A stretch of 64,000 nucleotides of DNA. Source: Escherichia coli (GTDB lineage Bacteria > Pseudomonadota > Gammaproteobacteria > Enterobacterales > Enterobacteriaceae). Under the pieces are notes generated by a model. That model ran no database searches. It was not told the DNA's origin and was given only the letters and a program-made list of their open reading frames with translations. Below, piece by piece: positions 11,535-23,076 of this stretch (its first letter is position 1; every line of letters begins with the position of its first letter). The DNA lies in assembly GCF_044647545.1 (NCBI RefSeq), contig NZ_CP172818.1, one strand, 5' to 3'. The position numbers were made by a program, and so were the translations under genes.

Positions 11535-11706
11535 CCTTTTCCCTCCTTCGGTGAATGCGCTGAAAACGGTTTATTCCAGCCGTTTCAGGGTACGCCTGAT
11601 AATTTGCATTTTAAATACCATTTATTGGTTACTTTTTAGCACCGTATCAGAGAAGAATCAGGGAGGATTACAGATGGGAAGCCCGCGACAACGCGGGCTG
11701 AAAGCA

Positions 11707-12414
<708 letters not shown>

Positions 12415-12471
12415 TTAGAAAGGAGAAAATCAGGTTTTAACCCGATATCAACGCGATAATTGAATCATTAA

Positions 12472-13395
12472 TCAGGCATGCTCCAGTGAAAAATTCGGGT
12501 AGTGCTCGGCAAAATACTGGCGTAAAAATTCTACCGTTATCCGCACTTTCGCTGACGTCGCCAGCCTTGAAACATAAACGGCCCAGACGTTCGCTGGCTG
12601 GTAATATTCCGGTAGCACTTGCACTAAATGACCACTGGCAATGTTTTCGCTAACATCCCACCAGGAGCGCAGAGCAATCCCCTGCCCATCGAGACACCAC
12701 TGATGGACAATTTCTCCATGATTAGACGACAGTGGGCCGGTAACTTTAATCGCATGGTGGCCTTCTTTATTGCGTAATTGCCAGACACCAAAAGGATGAT
12801 CGCGCTCTTTAATGACCAGGCACGGCAATGCAGAAAGATCGGTTAAATGTTTCGGCGCGCCATGTTGCGCAATAAATTCCGGTGACGCGCAGAGAATGCG
12901 ATAATTGGTCGCCAGTTTGCGGGCGATTAAATTAGGGGCGATATCATCGCCAATGCGAATATCGAGATCGACACCTTCATTGACCAAATCGACCAACCGG
13001 TCTTCCACATCAAAACGTAATTCCAGTTGCGGATACGCCTTCGCCAGCGCTGATAACGCCGGAGCCACCACCTGTCGTCCAAAACCAAAGCTGCTGATAA
13101 TACGCAGCATCCCCTGTGGCACCTGACGCACGTCAGAAAGTTCGTCCATCATCTGACCGACATCCTGCAAAATCCGCTGCGCCCATTCATAAATCCGCTC
13201 TCCTTCTTCGGTAATGGTGACGCGGCGGGTGGTGCGGTGTAACAACACCACGTTTAGCGTTTGCTCCAGCAAGGCGATGCGCTTGCTGACGAACGCCGGA
13301 GAAACGCCCAATTCTTCTGCCACGGCGGCAAAACCAGCCCGGCGAGCCACCAGCATAAAGACGCGCAAATCGTTCAGCAGCGGTAAATTATTCAT
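12472..13395 (-). CDS. dmlR: LysR-family transcriptional regulator DmlR
   Basis: 307 aa from internal Met (MNNLPLLNDLRVF...); N-terminal HTH; divergent from dmlA. Confidence 0.85.
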   Translation of the reverse strand: MNNLPLLNDLRVFMLVARRAGFAAVAEELGVSPAFVSKRIALLEQTLNVVLLHRTTRRVTITEEGERIYEWAQRILQDVGQMMDELSDVRQVPQGMLRIISSFGFGRQVVAPALSALAKAYPQLELRFDVEDRLVDLVNEGVDLDIRIGDDIAPNLIARKLATNYRILCASPEFIAQHGAPKHLTDLSALPCLVIKERDHPFGVWQLRNKEGHHAIKVTGPLSSNHGEIVHQWCLDGQGIALRSWWDVSENIASGHLVQVLPEYYQPANVWAVYVSRLATSAKVRITVEFLRQYFAEHYPNFSLEHA

Positions 13396-13497
13396 GATTC
13401 GTGTTTTATGTTTCACCAGTTACAGGGATTAATTCCTTTTCAGTCAATTATAGGATGGTGATGTTGTCAATTTTGATGGTCAGGAAGTGAGAACCCA

Positions 13498-14583
13498 ATG
13501 ATGAAAACGATCCGTATTGCTGCGATCCCGGGAGACGGGATTGGCAAAGAAGTCCTTCCTGAAGGGATTCGCGTGTTAAAGGCTGCCGCTGAGCGCTGGG
13601 GCTTCGCCTTGAGTTTTGAGCAAATGGAGTGGGCGAGCTGCGAGTATTACAGCCATCACGGTAAAATGATGCCGGACGACTGGCATGAGCAACTTAGCCG
13701 TTTCGACGCCATCTATTTTGGTGCCGTCGGCTGGCCGGATACCGTTCCGGACCATATTTCGTTGTGGGGTTCGCTGCTGAAATTTCGTCGTGAGTTCGAC
13801 CAGTACGTCAACCTGCGCCCGGTTCGTCTCTTTCCTGGCGTTCCCTGCCCGCTGGCGGGAAAACAGCCTGGCGACATCGATTTTTACGTGGTCAGGGAAA
13901 ACACCGAAGGCGAATATTCCTCGCTCGGCGGTAGAGTGAATGAAGGTACAGAGCATGAAGTCGTCATTCAGGAATCGGTATTTACGCGTCGTGGTGTCGA
14001 TCGCATTTTGCGTTATGCCTTTGAACTTGCACAAAGCCGCCCACGTAAGACGCTAACTTCTGCCACTAAATCGAACGGTTTAGCCATCAGCATGCCGTAC
14101 TGGGATGAGCGAGTGGAAGCAATGGCCGAGAATTACCCGGAGATCTGCTGGGACAAGCAGCATATTGATATTCTCTGCGCGCGTTTTGTGATGCAGCCGG
14201 AACGCTTCGATGTGGTGGTGGCGTCCAATTTGTTTGGCGATATCCTTTCCGATCTTGGCCCGGCCTGCACCGGTACCATTGGCATTGCCCCATCCGCCAA
14301 CCTGAATCCGGAACGCACTTTCCCGTCGCTCTTCGAGCCTGTCCACGGTTCCGCGCCGGATATCTACGGGAAAAATATTGCTAACCCTATCGCCACAATT
14401 TGGGCCGGTGCAATGATGCTCGATTTTCTCGGCAATGGCGATGAGCGTTTCCAACAAGCGCATAACGGTATTCTGGCCGCGATTGAAGAAGTGATTACTC
14501 ACGGGCCGAAAACACCTGATATGAAAGGCAATGCCACCACGCCACAGGTTGCCGACGCGATTTGCAAAATTATTTTGCGTTAA
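13498..14583 (+). CDS. dmlA: D-malate/3-isopropylmalate-type decarboxylating dehydrogenase
   Basis: 361-aa ORF with isocitrate/isopropylmalate dehydrogenase-family hallmarks. Confidence 0.9.
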   Translation: MMKTIRIAAIPGDGIGKEVLPEGIRVLKAAAERWGFALSFEQMEWASCEYYSHHGKMMPDDWHEQLSRFDAIYFGAVGWPDTVPDHISLWGSLLKFRREFDQYVNLRPVRLFPGVPCPLAGKQPGDIDFYVVRENTEGEYSSLGGRVNEGTEHEVVIQESVFTRRGVDRILRYAFELAQSRPRKTLTSATKSNGLAISMPYWDERVEAMAENYPEICWDKQHIDILCARFVMQPERFDVVVASNLFGDILSDLGPACTGTIGIAPSANLNPERTFPSLFEPVHGSAPDIYGKNIANPIATIWAGAMMLDFLGNGDERFQQAHNGILAAIEEVITHGPKTPDMKGNATTPQVADAICKIILR

Positions 14584-14601
14584 GGTCAAACCAGTTTATT
14601 T

Positions 14602-14630
14602 GAACCGCGTCACTGACGCGGTTTTTTTAT
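14602..14630 (+). terminator. Rho-independent terminator after dmlA
   Basis: Hairpin ACCGCGTCACTGACGCGGT followed by a T7 run. Confidence 0.6.
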
Positions 14631-14826
14631 TCGTTCTTTTCAGTAAATAACCTGCGTCATTTCACCTTTTATTGTTTCCGTTTCGTGTTTTATGGCTTTC
14701 CGTATTCTTAATTGTTTAATTTATGTAACATGCAAATAATCAATTTGTTAAACACAACATACAACTCATTACCCTGCAAATAATTACAACTGGCAAAAGC
14801 CAGAGACGGGTTTTTATGCCCAGGAG

Positions 14827-16386
14827 ATGACTCATATAGCAATGTTAAAAAAAAAGATGGCTAAAAATTTTTTTTTTAACTTTTCCCCAAAAAAACCCAA
14901 AAATTTTGTTACGCGTACGTTAGGTTCCGCCGTACAGGTATTGGTTTTGCTGGCAATGGGACTGGTGATTTATTTAGCCACCAGTAAATACGGCAATATT
15001 CGTCTTGGCGAAGGAAAACCGGAATACAGCACGCTCTCCTGGCTGTTTATGTTTATTTGTGCCGGTTTAGGTTCTTCTACGCTTTATTGGGGGGTTGCTG
15101 AATGGGCCTATTATTATCAAACCCCTGGATTAAATATCGCACCGCGTTCACAACAGGCACTCGAATTTAGCGTCCCTTACTCCTTCTTCCACTGGGGCAT
15201 CAGCGCCTGGGCAACTTATACGCTGGCCTCATTAATCATGGCTTATCACTTTCATGTGCGGAAAAATAAGGGGCTGAGCCTTTCCGGCATTATTGCTGCT
15301 ATTACCGGCGTTCGCCCGCAAGGCCCATGGGGAAAACTGGTCGATTTGATGTTCCTGATCGCCACTGTCGGCGCACTGACCATTTCCCTTGTTGTCACCG
15401 CAGCAACCTTTACCCGTGGGCTTTCCGCGCTGACCGGTTTACCCGATAATTTCACCGTGCAGGCATTTGTGATCCTGCTTTCCGGCGGCATTTTTTGCCT
15501 AAGCTCGTGGATTGGTATCAACAACGGTTTGCAACGTCTGAGCAAAATGGTTGGCTGGGGCGCGTTCCTGCTGCCATTACTGGTGCTCATTGTCGGCCCA
15601 ACCGAATTTATTACCAACAGCATCATCAATGCCATCGGCCTGACCACGCAAAACTTCCTGCAAATGAGCTTATTCACCGATCCGCTTGGCGATGGTTCAT
15701 TTACCCGCAACTGGACCGTTTTCTACTGGCTGTGGTGGATCTCATACACCCCTGGCGTAGCAATGTTTGTCACCCGCGTTTCCCGCGGTCGTAAGATTAA
15801 AGAAGTTATCTGGGGACTGATCCTCGGCAGCACCGTCGGTTGCTGGTTCTTCTTCGGCGTAATGGAAAGCTATGCCATTCACCAGTTTATCAATGGCGTA
15901 ATCAACGTCCCACAGGTGCTGGAAACACTGGGCGGCGAGACAGCTGTGCAGCAAGTTCTGATGTCGTTGCCAGCCGGTAAATTGTTCCTCGCCGCATACC
16001 TGGGCGTGATGATTATTTTCCTTGCCTCGCATATGGATGCAGTGGCCTACACCATGGCGGCAACCAGTACGCGTAATCTCCAGGAAGGTGACGATCCTGA
16101 CCGTGGGCTGCGTCTTTTCTGGTGCGTGGTAATTACCTTGATCCCGCTTTCAATTCTTTTCACTGGCGCGTCGCTGGAAACGATGAAAACCACCGTCGTA
16201 CTCACAGCCCTTCCGTTCCTCGTCATTTTACTGGTGAAAGTCGGCGGATTTATTCGCTGGCTGAAACAGGATTACGCCGACATTCCGGCTCATCAAGTTG
16301 AACATTATCTCCCGCAGACACCGGTTGAAGCCCTGGAAAAAACACCAGTGCTCCCTGCGGGAACCGTATTCAAAGGCGACAACTGA
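14827..16386 (+). CDS. yeaV: BCCT-family transporter YeaV (start uncertain; TTG at 14941 would give the 481 aa remembered for K-12)
   Basis: Long multi-TM ORF; first 38 codons cover homopolymer tracts and look like leader rather than coding sequence. Confidence 0.8.
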
Positions 16387-16417
16387 GCGCCATCATCCTA
16401 ACGATAAAGGTATCCCT

Positions 16418-17542
16418 ATGAGCAATCTGAGCCCTGACTTTATACTACCCGAAAATTTTTGCGCTAACCCGCAGGAGGCGTGGACCATTCCTGCCCGTTT
16501 TTATACCGATCAGAACGCCTTTGAACACGAAAAAGAGAACGTCTTCGCCAAAAGCTGGATTTGCGTCGCTCATAGCAGCGAACTGGCGAATGCCAATGAT
16601 TATGTGACGCGTGAGATCATTGGCGAAAGCATCGTGCTGGTACGCGGTCGTGATAAGGTTTTGCGCGCGTTCTATAACGTGTGTCCGCACCGTGGTCATC
16701 AGTTGTTGAGCGGTGAAGGAAAAGCGAAAAATGTGATTACCTGCCCGTATCACGCCTGGGCATTCAAACTCGATGGCAACCTGGCCCATGCACGTAACTG
16801 CGAAAACGTCGCCAATTTCGATAGCGACAAAGCGCAACTGGTTCCGGTGCGTCTGGAAGAATATGCCGGATTCGTCTTCATCAACATGGACCCTAACGCC
16901 ACCAGCGTAGAAGATCAGTTACCCGGTCTGGGCGCGAAAGTGCTGGAAGCCTGCCCGGAAGTCCACGATCTGAAACTGGCGGCCCGCTTTACCACCCGCA
17001 CGCCTGCCAACTGGAAGAACATTGTCGATAACTATCTCGAGTGCTATCACTGTGGTCCGGCGCATCCAGGTTTCTCCGACTCCGTACAGGTTGATCGTTA
17101 CTGGCACACCATGCACGGTAACTGGACGCTGCAGTACGGTTTCGCCAAACCGTCCGAACAGTCTTTCAAATTCGAAGAGGGCACGGATGCGGCATTCCAC
17201 GGTTTCTGGCTGTGGCCGTGCACGATGCTGAACGTTACCCCAATCAAAGGGATGATGACGGTCATTTATGAATTCCCGGTGGATTCTGAAACTACCCTGC
17301 AAAACTACGATATTTACTTCACCAATGAAGAGTTAACCGACGAGCAAAAATCGCTGATTGAGTGGTATCGCGATGTGTTCCGTCCGGAAGATTTACGTCT
17401 GGTTGAAAGCGTACAGAAAGGGCTGAAATCGCGTGGCTATCGTGGTCAGGGGCGCATCATGGCCGACAGTAGCGGTAGCGGAATTTCCGAACATGGTATC
17501 GCCCATTTCCATAATCTGCTGGCGCAGGTGTTTAAGGACTAA
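16418..17542 (+). CDS. yeaW: Rieske-type carnitine monooxygenase oxygenase subunit (CntA-like)
   Basis: ATG at 16418 gives 374 aa; Rieske motif CPHRGH...CPYHAW present. Confidence 0.9.
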   Translation: MSNLSPDFILPENFCANPQEAWTIPARFYTDQNAFEHEKENVFAKSWICVAHSSELANANDYVTREIIGESIVLVRGRDKVLRAFYNVCPHRGHQLLSGEGKAKNVITCPYHAWAFKLDGNLAHARNCENVANFDSDKAQLVPVRLEEYAGFVFINMDPNATSVEDQLPGLGAKVLEACPEVHDLKLAARFTTRTPANWKNIVDNYLECYHCGPAHPGFSDSVQVDRYWHTMHGNWTLQYGFAKPSEQSFKFEEGTDAAFHGFWLWPCTMLNVTPIKGMMTVIYEFPVDSETTLQNYDIYFTNEELTDEQKSLIEWYRDVFRPEDLRLVESVQKGLKSRGYRGQGRIMADSSGSGISEHGIAHFHNLLAQVFKD

Positions 17543-17597
17543 TGACATCAGCGGCGGTATTTTCCGCCGCTGGGCTGATTTTTGATGGAGTACAGCA

Positions 17598-18563
17598 ATG
17601 TCAGACTATCAAATGTTTGAAGTACATGTGAACCAAATTGAACCGCTTACCGAACAGGTGAAACGCTTCACGCTGGTGGCAACCGATGGCAAACCATTAC
17701 CTACGTTTACCGGAGGAAGTCACGTCATTGTGCAGATGAGCGATGGTGATAACGAGTACAGCAATGCGTATTCACTACTGAGTTCGCCGCATGACACCTC
17801 TTGTTATCAGATTGCCGTTCGGCTGGAAGAACACTCGCGCGGCGGTTCCCGCTTTTTACATCAGCAGGTAAAAGTGGGCGATCGGTTAACGATTTCAACG
17901 CCTAATAACCTGTTTGCGCTAATTCCCTCGGCCAGAAAGCATCTGTTTATCGCGGGCGGTATTGGTATCACCCCTTTCCTGTCGCACCTGGCAGAGTTGC
18001 AATACAGCGACGTCGACTGGCAGTTACATTACTGCTCACGAAATCCAGAAAGTTGCGCATTTCGTGATGAGCTAGTCCAGCATCCGCAGGCTGAGAAAGT
18101 TCATTTTCATCACTCATCAACCGGAACACGACTGGAATTAGCGCGATTATTGGCGGATATCGAACCTGGCACACATGTTTATACCTGTGGCCCCGAGGCG
18201 CTAAATGAGGAGGTAAGAAGTGAAGCTGCGCGTCTGGACATCGCCGCCGATACGATGCACTTTGAACAATTTGCGATTGAAGACAAAACCGGCGATGCAT
18301 TTACCCTGGTGCTTGCCCGTTCCGGAAAAGAGTTTGTGGTGCCGGAAGAGATGACTATTTTGCAGGTTATTGAAAATAATAAAGCAGCGAAAGTGGAATG
18401 TTTATGTCGTGAAGGGGTATGCGGAACCTGCGAGACGGCAATACTGGAAGGTGAAGCTGACCATCGGGATCAGTATTTTAGCGATGAAGAGCGTGCCAGC
18501 CAGCAAAGTATGTTGATCTGTTGTTCGCGCGCGAAGGGTAAACGCCTGGTGTTGGATTTGTAG
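17598..18563 (+). CDS. yeaX: Carnitine monooxygenase reductase subunit (CntB-like; FNR-like plus 2Fe-2S ferredoxin)
   Basis: 321-aa ORF with C-terminal plant-type ferredoxin Cys cluster (CRxGxCGTC). Confidence 0.9.
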   Translation: MSDYQMFEVHVNQIEPLTEQVKRFTLVATDGKPLPTFTGGSHVIVQMSDGDNEYSNAYSLLSSPHDTSCYQIAVRLEEHSRGGSRFLHQQVKVGDRLTISTPNNLFALIPSARKHLFIAGGIGITPFLSHLAELQYSDVDWQLHYCSRNPESCAFRDELVQHPQAEKVHFHHSSTGTRLELARLLADIEPGTHVYTCGPEALNEEVRSEAARLDIAADTMHFEQFAIEDKTGDAFTLVLARSGKEFVVPEEMTILQVIENNKAAKVECLCREGVCGTCETAILEGEADHRDQYFSDEERASQQSMLICCSRAKGKRLVLDL

Positions 18564-18566
18564 TTT

Positions 18567-18610
18567 GCCGAAGCCGGATGTGGCGCTGAGCGCACCCAGT
18601 CCGGCTTCGG
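18567..18610. terminator. Extended palindrome between convergent yeaX and rnd (bidirectional terminator or REP-like)
   Basis: 11-bp perfect inverted repeat CCGAAGCCGGA/TCCGGCTTCGG around a second near-palindrome GCGCTGAGCGC. Confidence 0.4.
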
Positions 18611-18616
18611 AAGATT

Positions 18617-19744
18617 TTACTGCGGATATTCCTGCAATAAATTGTGTAATGCTTCCGCCATCAGCTCACCACGCCAGCCGGAAATCAGCTCCGGCAAATT
18701 GTTCTGCGGTTTCAGTTTCCAGTGCCAGTTCAGCAGTTGGTTGATTTGCCGACGCGATGCCAGCAATTCGGCGCTGATCTTGTGCGTTTCGCTCACGTCA
18801 GTAATCAGCGACTTAATCGCTTTAAACGCTTTACGATAACCCGGCATGTCCATCAGGTTAAGCATCGGCTGCGGTAAGGCCTCTTCCGGCAATGTCTGCG
18901 CTTTTTCCACCAGCGCCAGCAGCGTTTTACCGTGAAAGCGGATTTCGCTACCGGATAAACCCAGGCTGTCCAGTTCGCCTAAACTTCCCGGCATATAACG
19001 CGCTACAGACCACAAATGCTCTTCACGCACGACAAAGTTCACTGCCAGATCGCGCTCCCGAGCCTTGCGCAGTCGCCAATCGGCTAACAGTTGCAGACAG
19101 GCCAGTTGGCGTGTGCGTAACTGCCAGGCATTGGTGATATCACGCCAGGCATCTTCCGGTGCAACGACTTCCTGACGACGCATTTGCATCAGGCGGCATT
19201 CATCCAGCGCCGCAGGTAGCCAGCCGGAGGCCTCCGTTTCTACCATAAGTTTTGCGGTGATCGGTAACAGATACCAGACATCCGCCGCTGCGTATTCACA
19301 CTGACGTTCGGTCAGCGGTCTGGCCAGCCAGTCGGTGCGCGATTCACTCTTGTCCAGCGTAACGCCGGAATACTCTTCCACCATGGAAGCGAAACCCCAT
19401 GACATCGGGCGTCCGCAGAAGGCAGCAAGGATTTGCGTGTCAATCAAGGGTTGTGGTAATTCGCCAAAGACATTGAGGAACACTTCCAGATCTTCACTGC
19501 CTGCATGGAGAAATTTTGTGATGGACGGATCGCGCAGGATCGCTTTCAGTGGTGACCAGTCGGAGATCCCGAGAGGATCAATTAGCGCCAGATGCTCACC
19601 ATCAAAAAGTTGAATTAGACCCAGTTGCGGGTAATAGGTGCGCGTACGAACAAATTCAGTATCCAGGGCTATCGCCGGAAAGGCACGGACGGCTTCACAC
19701 AAAGAAGCCAGCGCATCGTCCGTGGTAATCATTTGGTAATTCAA
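18617..19744 (-). CDS. rnd: Ribonuclease D
   Basis: 375-aa ORF with DEDDy 3'-5' exonuclease domain and HRDC region. Confidence 0.9.
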   Translation of the reverse strand: MNYQMITTDDALASLCEAVRAFPAIALDTEFVRTRTYYPQLGLIQLFDGEHLALIDPLGISDWSPLKAILRDPSITKFLHAGSEDLEVFLNVFGELPQPLIDTQILAAFCGRPMSWGFASMVEEYSGVTLDKSESRTDWLARPLTERQCEYAAADVWYLLPITAKLMVETEASGWLPAALDECRLMQMRRQEVVAPEDAWRDITNAWQLRTRQLACLQLLADWRLRKARERDLAVNFVVREEHLWSVARYMPGSLGELDSLGLSGSEIRFHGKTLLALVEKAQTLPEEALPQPMLNLMDMPGYRKAFKAIKSLITDVSETHKISAELLASRRQINQLLNWHWKLKPQNNLPELISGWRGELMAEALHNLLQEYPQ

Positions 19745-19766
19745 ATTGTATTCTCTTTAGTGGGCG

Positions 19767-19795
19767 TCAAAAAAAACGCCGGATTAACCGGCGTC
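19767..19795 (-). terminator. Rho-independent terminator after fadD
   Basis: Minus strand reads ACGCCGGTTAATCCGGCGT followed by T8. Confidence 0.6.
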
Positions 19796-19813
19796 TGACG
19801 ACTGACTTAACGC

Positions 19814-21499
19814 TCAGGCTTTATTGTCCACTTTGCCGCGCGCTTCGTCACGTAATTCTCGTCGCAAAATTTTTCCGACGTTAGATTTCGGTAACTCATC
19901 ACGAAACTCCACCAGCTTCGGTACTTTGTAGCCCGTGAGCTGACGGCGGCAAAAGGTCACCAGTGACTCTTCGGTAAGCGATGGATCTTTTTTCACTACG
20001 AAGATTTTCACCGCTTCACCACTGGAGCCGGAAGGTACGCCAACAGCCGCGACTTCCTGTACGCCAGGATGCTGCATGACGACATCTTCAATCTCGTTGG
20101 GATAGACGTTAAAACCGGAAACCAGAATCATGTCTTTTTTACGATCGACAATGCGCAGGAATCCTTCTTCATCCATCACCGCGATGTCGCCGGTGTGTAA
20201 CCAGCCATTTTTGATGATTTCATCGGTAGCATCCGGACGCTGCCAGTAACCCAGCATCACCTGCGGTCCTTTGACACAAAGCTCACCTGGTTGACCCGGT
20301 GGTACTTCGTTGTCGTCGTCATCCACCAGTTTGGCTTCCGTCGACGGCACCGGCAAACCGATGCTACCACTATGATAATCAATATCATACGGGTTAACGC
20401 TGACCAGCGGCGCACACTCGGTCAGGCCATAACCTTCCAGCAGATACTGTCCAGTCAGTTTCACCCAACGTTCTGCCACCACTTGCTGAACAGGCATCCC
20501 TCCGCCTGCGGAAAGATGCAGACTGGAGAAATCCAGCTGCTGGAACTCTTTATTGTTCAGCAACGCATTGAACAAGGTGTTAACGCCAGTGATAGCGGTA
20601 AACGGATATTTCGCTAACTCTTTTACCAACCCTGGAATATCGCGCGGGTTAGTGATAAGCAGGTTCTGCCCACCCAGTTCGATAAACAGCAGGCAGTTAA
20701 TGGTCAGGGCAAAAATGTGATACAGCGGCAGCGCCGTCACCACCAGCTCTTTGCCCGGATGCAACAGCGGACCATAGGTCGCGTTAACCTGTTCCAGGTT
20801 CGCCAGCATATTGCGGTGAGTCAGCATCGCGCCTTTCGCCACACCAGTGGTACCGCCGGTGTATTGCAGGAAAGCTAAATCTTCCGGCACCAGTTCGGGT
20901 TTGACGTACTGCATCCGGTAGCCGCTGTGCAGGGCGCTACGAAATGAAATGGCATCTGGCAGATGGTATTTCGGCACCAGACGCTTGATGTATTTAACAA
21001 CGAAATTGACTACCGTGCCTTTTGCCGTAGATAGCTGATCGCCCATACGGGTCAGAATTACGTGCTGAACGGCGGTTTTATCAACCACTTTTTCCAGAGT
21101 GTGGGCAAAGTTAGACACGATAACAATCGCCGATGCGCCGCTATCGTTAAGCTGATGCTCAAGTTCACGCGGGGTATACAACGGGTTAACGTTTACGACA
21201 ATCATCCCGGCACGCAAAATGCCAAACAGCGCCACCGGATATTGCAATAAATTAGGCATCATCAACGCAACGCGATCGCCTTTCTTCAGTCCCAACCCTT
21301 GTTGCAAATAAGCGGCAAACGCGCGACTGCGTTCTTCCAGTTTGCGGAAGGTCATCACCTCCCCCATATTCACAAACGCGGGTTGATCGGCGTAGCGCGC
21401 GACCGACTGCTCAAACATATCTACCAGAGATTGATAACGGTCAGGGTTGATCTCCGTCGGAACGTCCGCGGGATAACGGTTAAGCCAAACCTTCTTCAA
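19814..21499 (-). CDS. fadD: Long-chain fatty acyl-CoA synthetase
   Basis: AMP-binding signature ([15 protein letters not shown]); 561 aa from a non-ATG start (LKKVWLNRY...); ORF track Met at 21565 is upstream of it. Confidence 0.9.
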   Translation of the reverse strand: MKKVWLNRYPADVPTEINPDRYQSLVDMFEQSVARYADQPAFVNMGEVMTFRKLEERSRAFAAYLQQGLGLKKGDRVALMMPNLLQYPVALFGILRAGMIVVNVNPLYTPRELEHQLNDSGASAIVIVSNFAHTLEKVVDKTAVQHVILTRMGDQLSTAKGTVVNFVVKYIKRLVPKYHLPDAISFRSALHSGYRMQYVKPELVPEDLAFLQYTGGTTGVAKGAMLTHRNMLANLEQVNATYGPLLHPGKELVVTALPLYHIFALTINCLLFIELGGQNLLITNPRDIPGLVKELAKYPFTAITGVNTLFNALLNNKEFQQLDFSSLHLSAGGGMPVQQVVAERWVKLTGQYLLEGYGLTECAPLVSVNPYDIDYHSGSIGLPVPSTEAKLVDDDDNEVPPGQPGELCVKGPQVMLGYWQRPDATDEIIKNGWLHTGDIAVMDEEGFLRIVDRKKDMILVSGFNVYPNEIEDVVMQHPGVQEVAAVGVPSGSSGEAVKIFVVKKDPSLTEESLVTFCRRQLTGYKVPKLVEFRDELPKSNVGKILRRELRDEARGKVDNKA

Positions 21500-21571
21500 T
21501 TCTTCACCTCTAAAATGCGTGTTCGTCGTCATCGCAACCCCAAATGATATACATGTTGTTAACATAATATT

Positions 21572-21588
21572 AACTCATCATACCAGCT
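21572..21588 (-). promoter_or_regulatory. FadR operator in the fadD promoter
   Basis: Minus strand reads AGCTGGTATGATGAGTT, matching the FadR consensus AnCTGGTCnGAyCnGTT, about 75 bp upstream of the fadD start. Confidence 0.55.
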
Positions 21589-21703
21589 TGATAATTACCC
21601 AACGAAAAGGTTGCGAAGCGCGTCACTATTTATTTTTATCTTTACCGTAAGAATGCAGAAACAGCGGACCAGCCGCTGTTTCTTTTTCTTTAAAAACAAG
21701 CAA

Positions 21704-22285
21704 TTATTCAGTTACAACTGTTTGTACTCTCGCGGGGCCGGGATTATACCAGCCCCATCCGCCGTAGCCATAGGGCCAGCCACGACCGCCATAAAACCAT
21801 GGATCAATCGGCTGAGGCGGCATAATCACCTGCTGGGTTAAATGCCAACGTTTGTAACCTGTTGCCTGCATCACCATAAATTTATAGGGCGTGTTGCCGA
21901 TTTTTCCGTCAACCGTACCGGTGATTGGCCCGACAACTGTCACCAGCTGCCCACGGAAATCGACCGGATCAAGAAAACCATTCACATCGGCATAAATGCG
22001 GCCGCGAGAAGGTTCTCCCAGCGTCGGTCTGGCTCCGCTGTCCAGTGGTACGGTGGCAATTTCCAGGCGGGTTTTCCCTTGCTGGTTTTGTACCGCAACC
22101 ACTTTGCCGCCAAAGCGTGCCTCCTGACCAACGTACAGCTGCGGCGCACTCATCACCCGAACTAAATCTTGTTGCGGCGTGGGACTGCTGCCTTTAATGG
22201 CGTCCGGCACAGTAACACAACCGCTGAGCATTAGCGCAAACGTACCTGCCAGTATGCCTTTGATAACATTCTTTTGAACCGCCAT
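21704..22285 (-). CDS. yeaY: Slp-family outer-membrane lipoprotein YeaY
   Basis: 193-aa ORF with lipoprotein signal (LMLSGCVT). Confidence 0.85.
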   Translation of the reverse strand: MAVQKNVIKGILAGTFALMLSGCVTVPDAIKGSSPTPQQDLVRVMSAPQLYVGQEARFGGKVVAVQNQQGKTRLEIATVPLDSGARPTLGEPSRGRIYADVNGFLDPVDFRGQLVTVVGPITGTVDGKIGNTPYKFMVMQATGYKRWHLTQQVIMPPQPIDPWFYGGRGWPYGYGGWGWYNPGPARVQTVVTE

Positions 22286-22323
22286 GATGCGACTCCTTTT
22301 TTCTCAGGGCATACTCTTAAGAT

Positions 22324-23019
22324 TCATTCTTTGCCCGGAAGTTTCTTCCATGCGACGTTGTTACGTAAATAAACCGGTTCGGCATGTTCCACCGCCACCG
22401 TTTTACCCTCGGCAAACATCTGGCAGGCAATCGGCAGCATATCTTCTGCAGCGGGCAGTAACACTTCGCCATCGCACAGGGCCAAACCGCTCTCTTTACC
22501 GAGATCCGGCCAGGCTTGCCAGCCCGTCCCTACCGTCACCCATTCGCCGGAAAGCTGTTGCATCCGTTCATGAACGAGTTCAGGTTTGAGTACGGCTTCG
22601 GTTTCTTCACCGTGCCAGATACCGTTTTCATCACGCTGATATTCGGCCCAGTAAACTTCGCCCATTCGCGCGTCAATGGCTGCCAGCACGCGTGTTGCGC
22701 CGTTTTTGCGCCACGCCCCTTGCGCCATCGTCATTAGCGTGGAGACGCCAATCATCGGTAATTCCGCGCCAAGCGCCAGCCCTTGCGCGATGCCAATACC
22801 AATGCGCACGCCAGTAAAGCTACCGGGGCCGCGCCCGTAAGCCAGAGCATTTATGTCCGTCAGGGAAGTTCCACTGGTGGTCAGGATATCCTGCACCATC
22901 GGTAAGATTCGTTGAGTATGTTCACGAGGGCAAAGCTCAAAATGAGCGTTGACAGTACCGTCGTTCCACAGGGCGACAGAGCAGGCCTCTGTCGCGGTAT
23001 CGATAGCCAGAATTCGCAT
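22324..23019 (-). CDS. tsaB: tRNA t6A37 biosynthesis protein TsaB (YeaZ)
   Basis: 231-aa ORF beginning [17 protein letters not shown], typical of inactive Kae1/YgjD paralogues. Confidence 0.9.
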   Translation of the reverse strand: MRILAIDTATEACSVALWNDGTVNAHFELCPREHTQRILPMVQDILTTSGTSLTDINALAYGRGPGSFTGVRIGIGIAQGLALGAELPMIGVSTLMTMAQGAWRKNGATRVLAAIDARMGEVYWAEYQRDENGIWHGEETEAVLKPELVHERMQQLSGEWVTVGTGWQAWPDLGKESGLALCDGEVLLPAAEDMLPIACQMFAEGKTVAVEHAEPVYLRNNVAWKKLPGKE

Positions 23020-23076
23020 GGGTCTTCGTGCTTAGATCAATAAAAAGGCGCGCATCATACCATACTCCATCACAAA

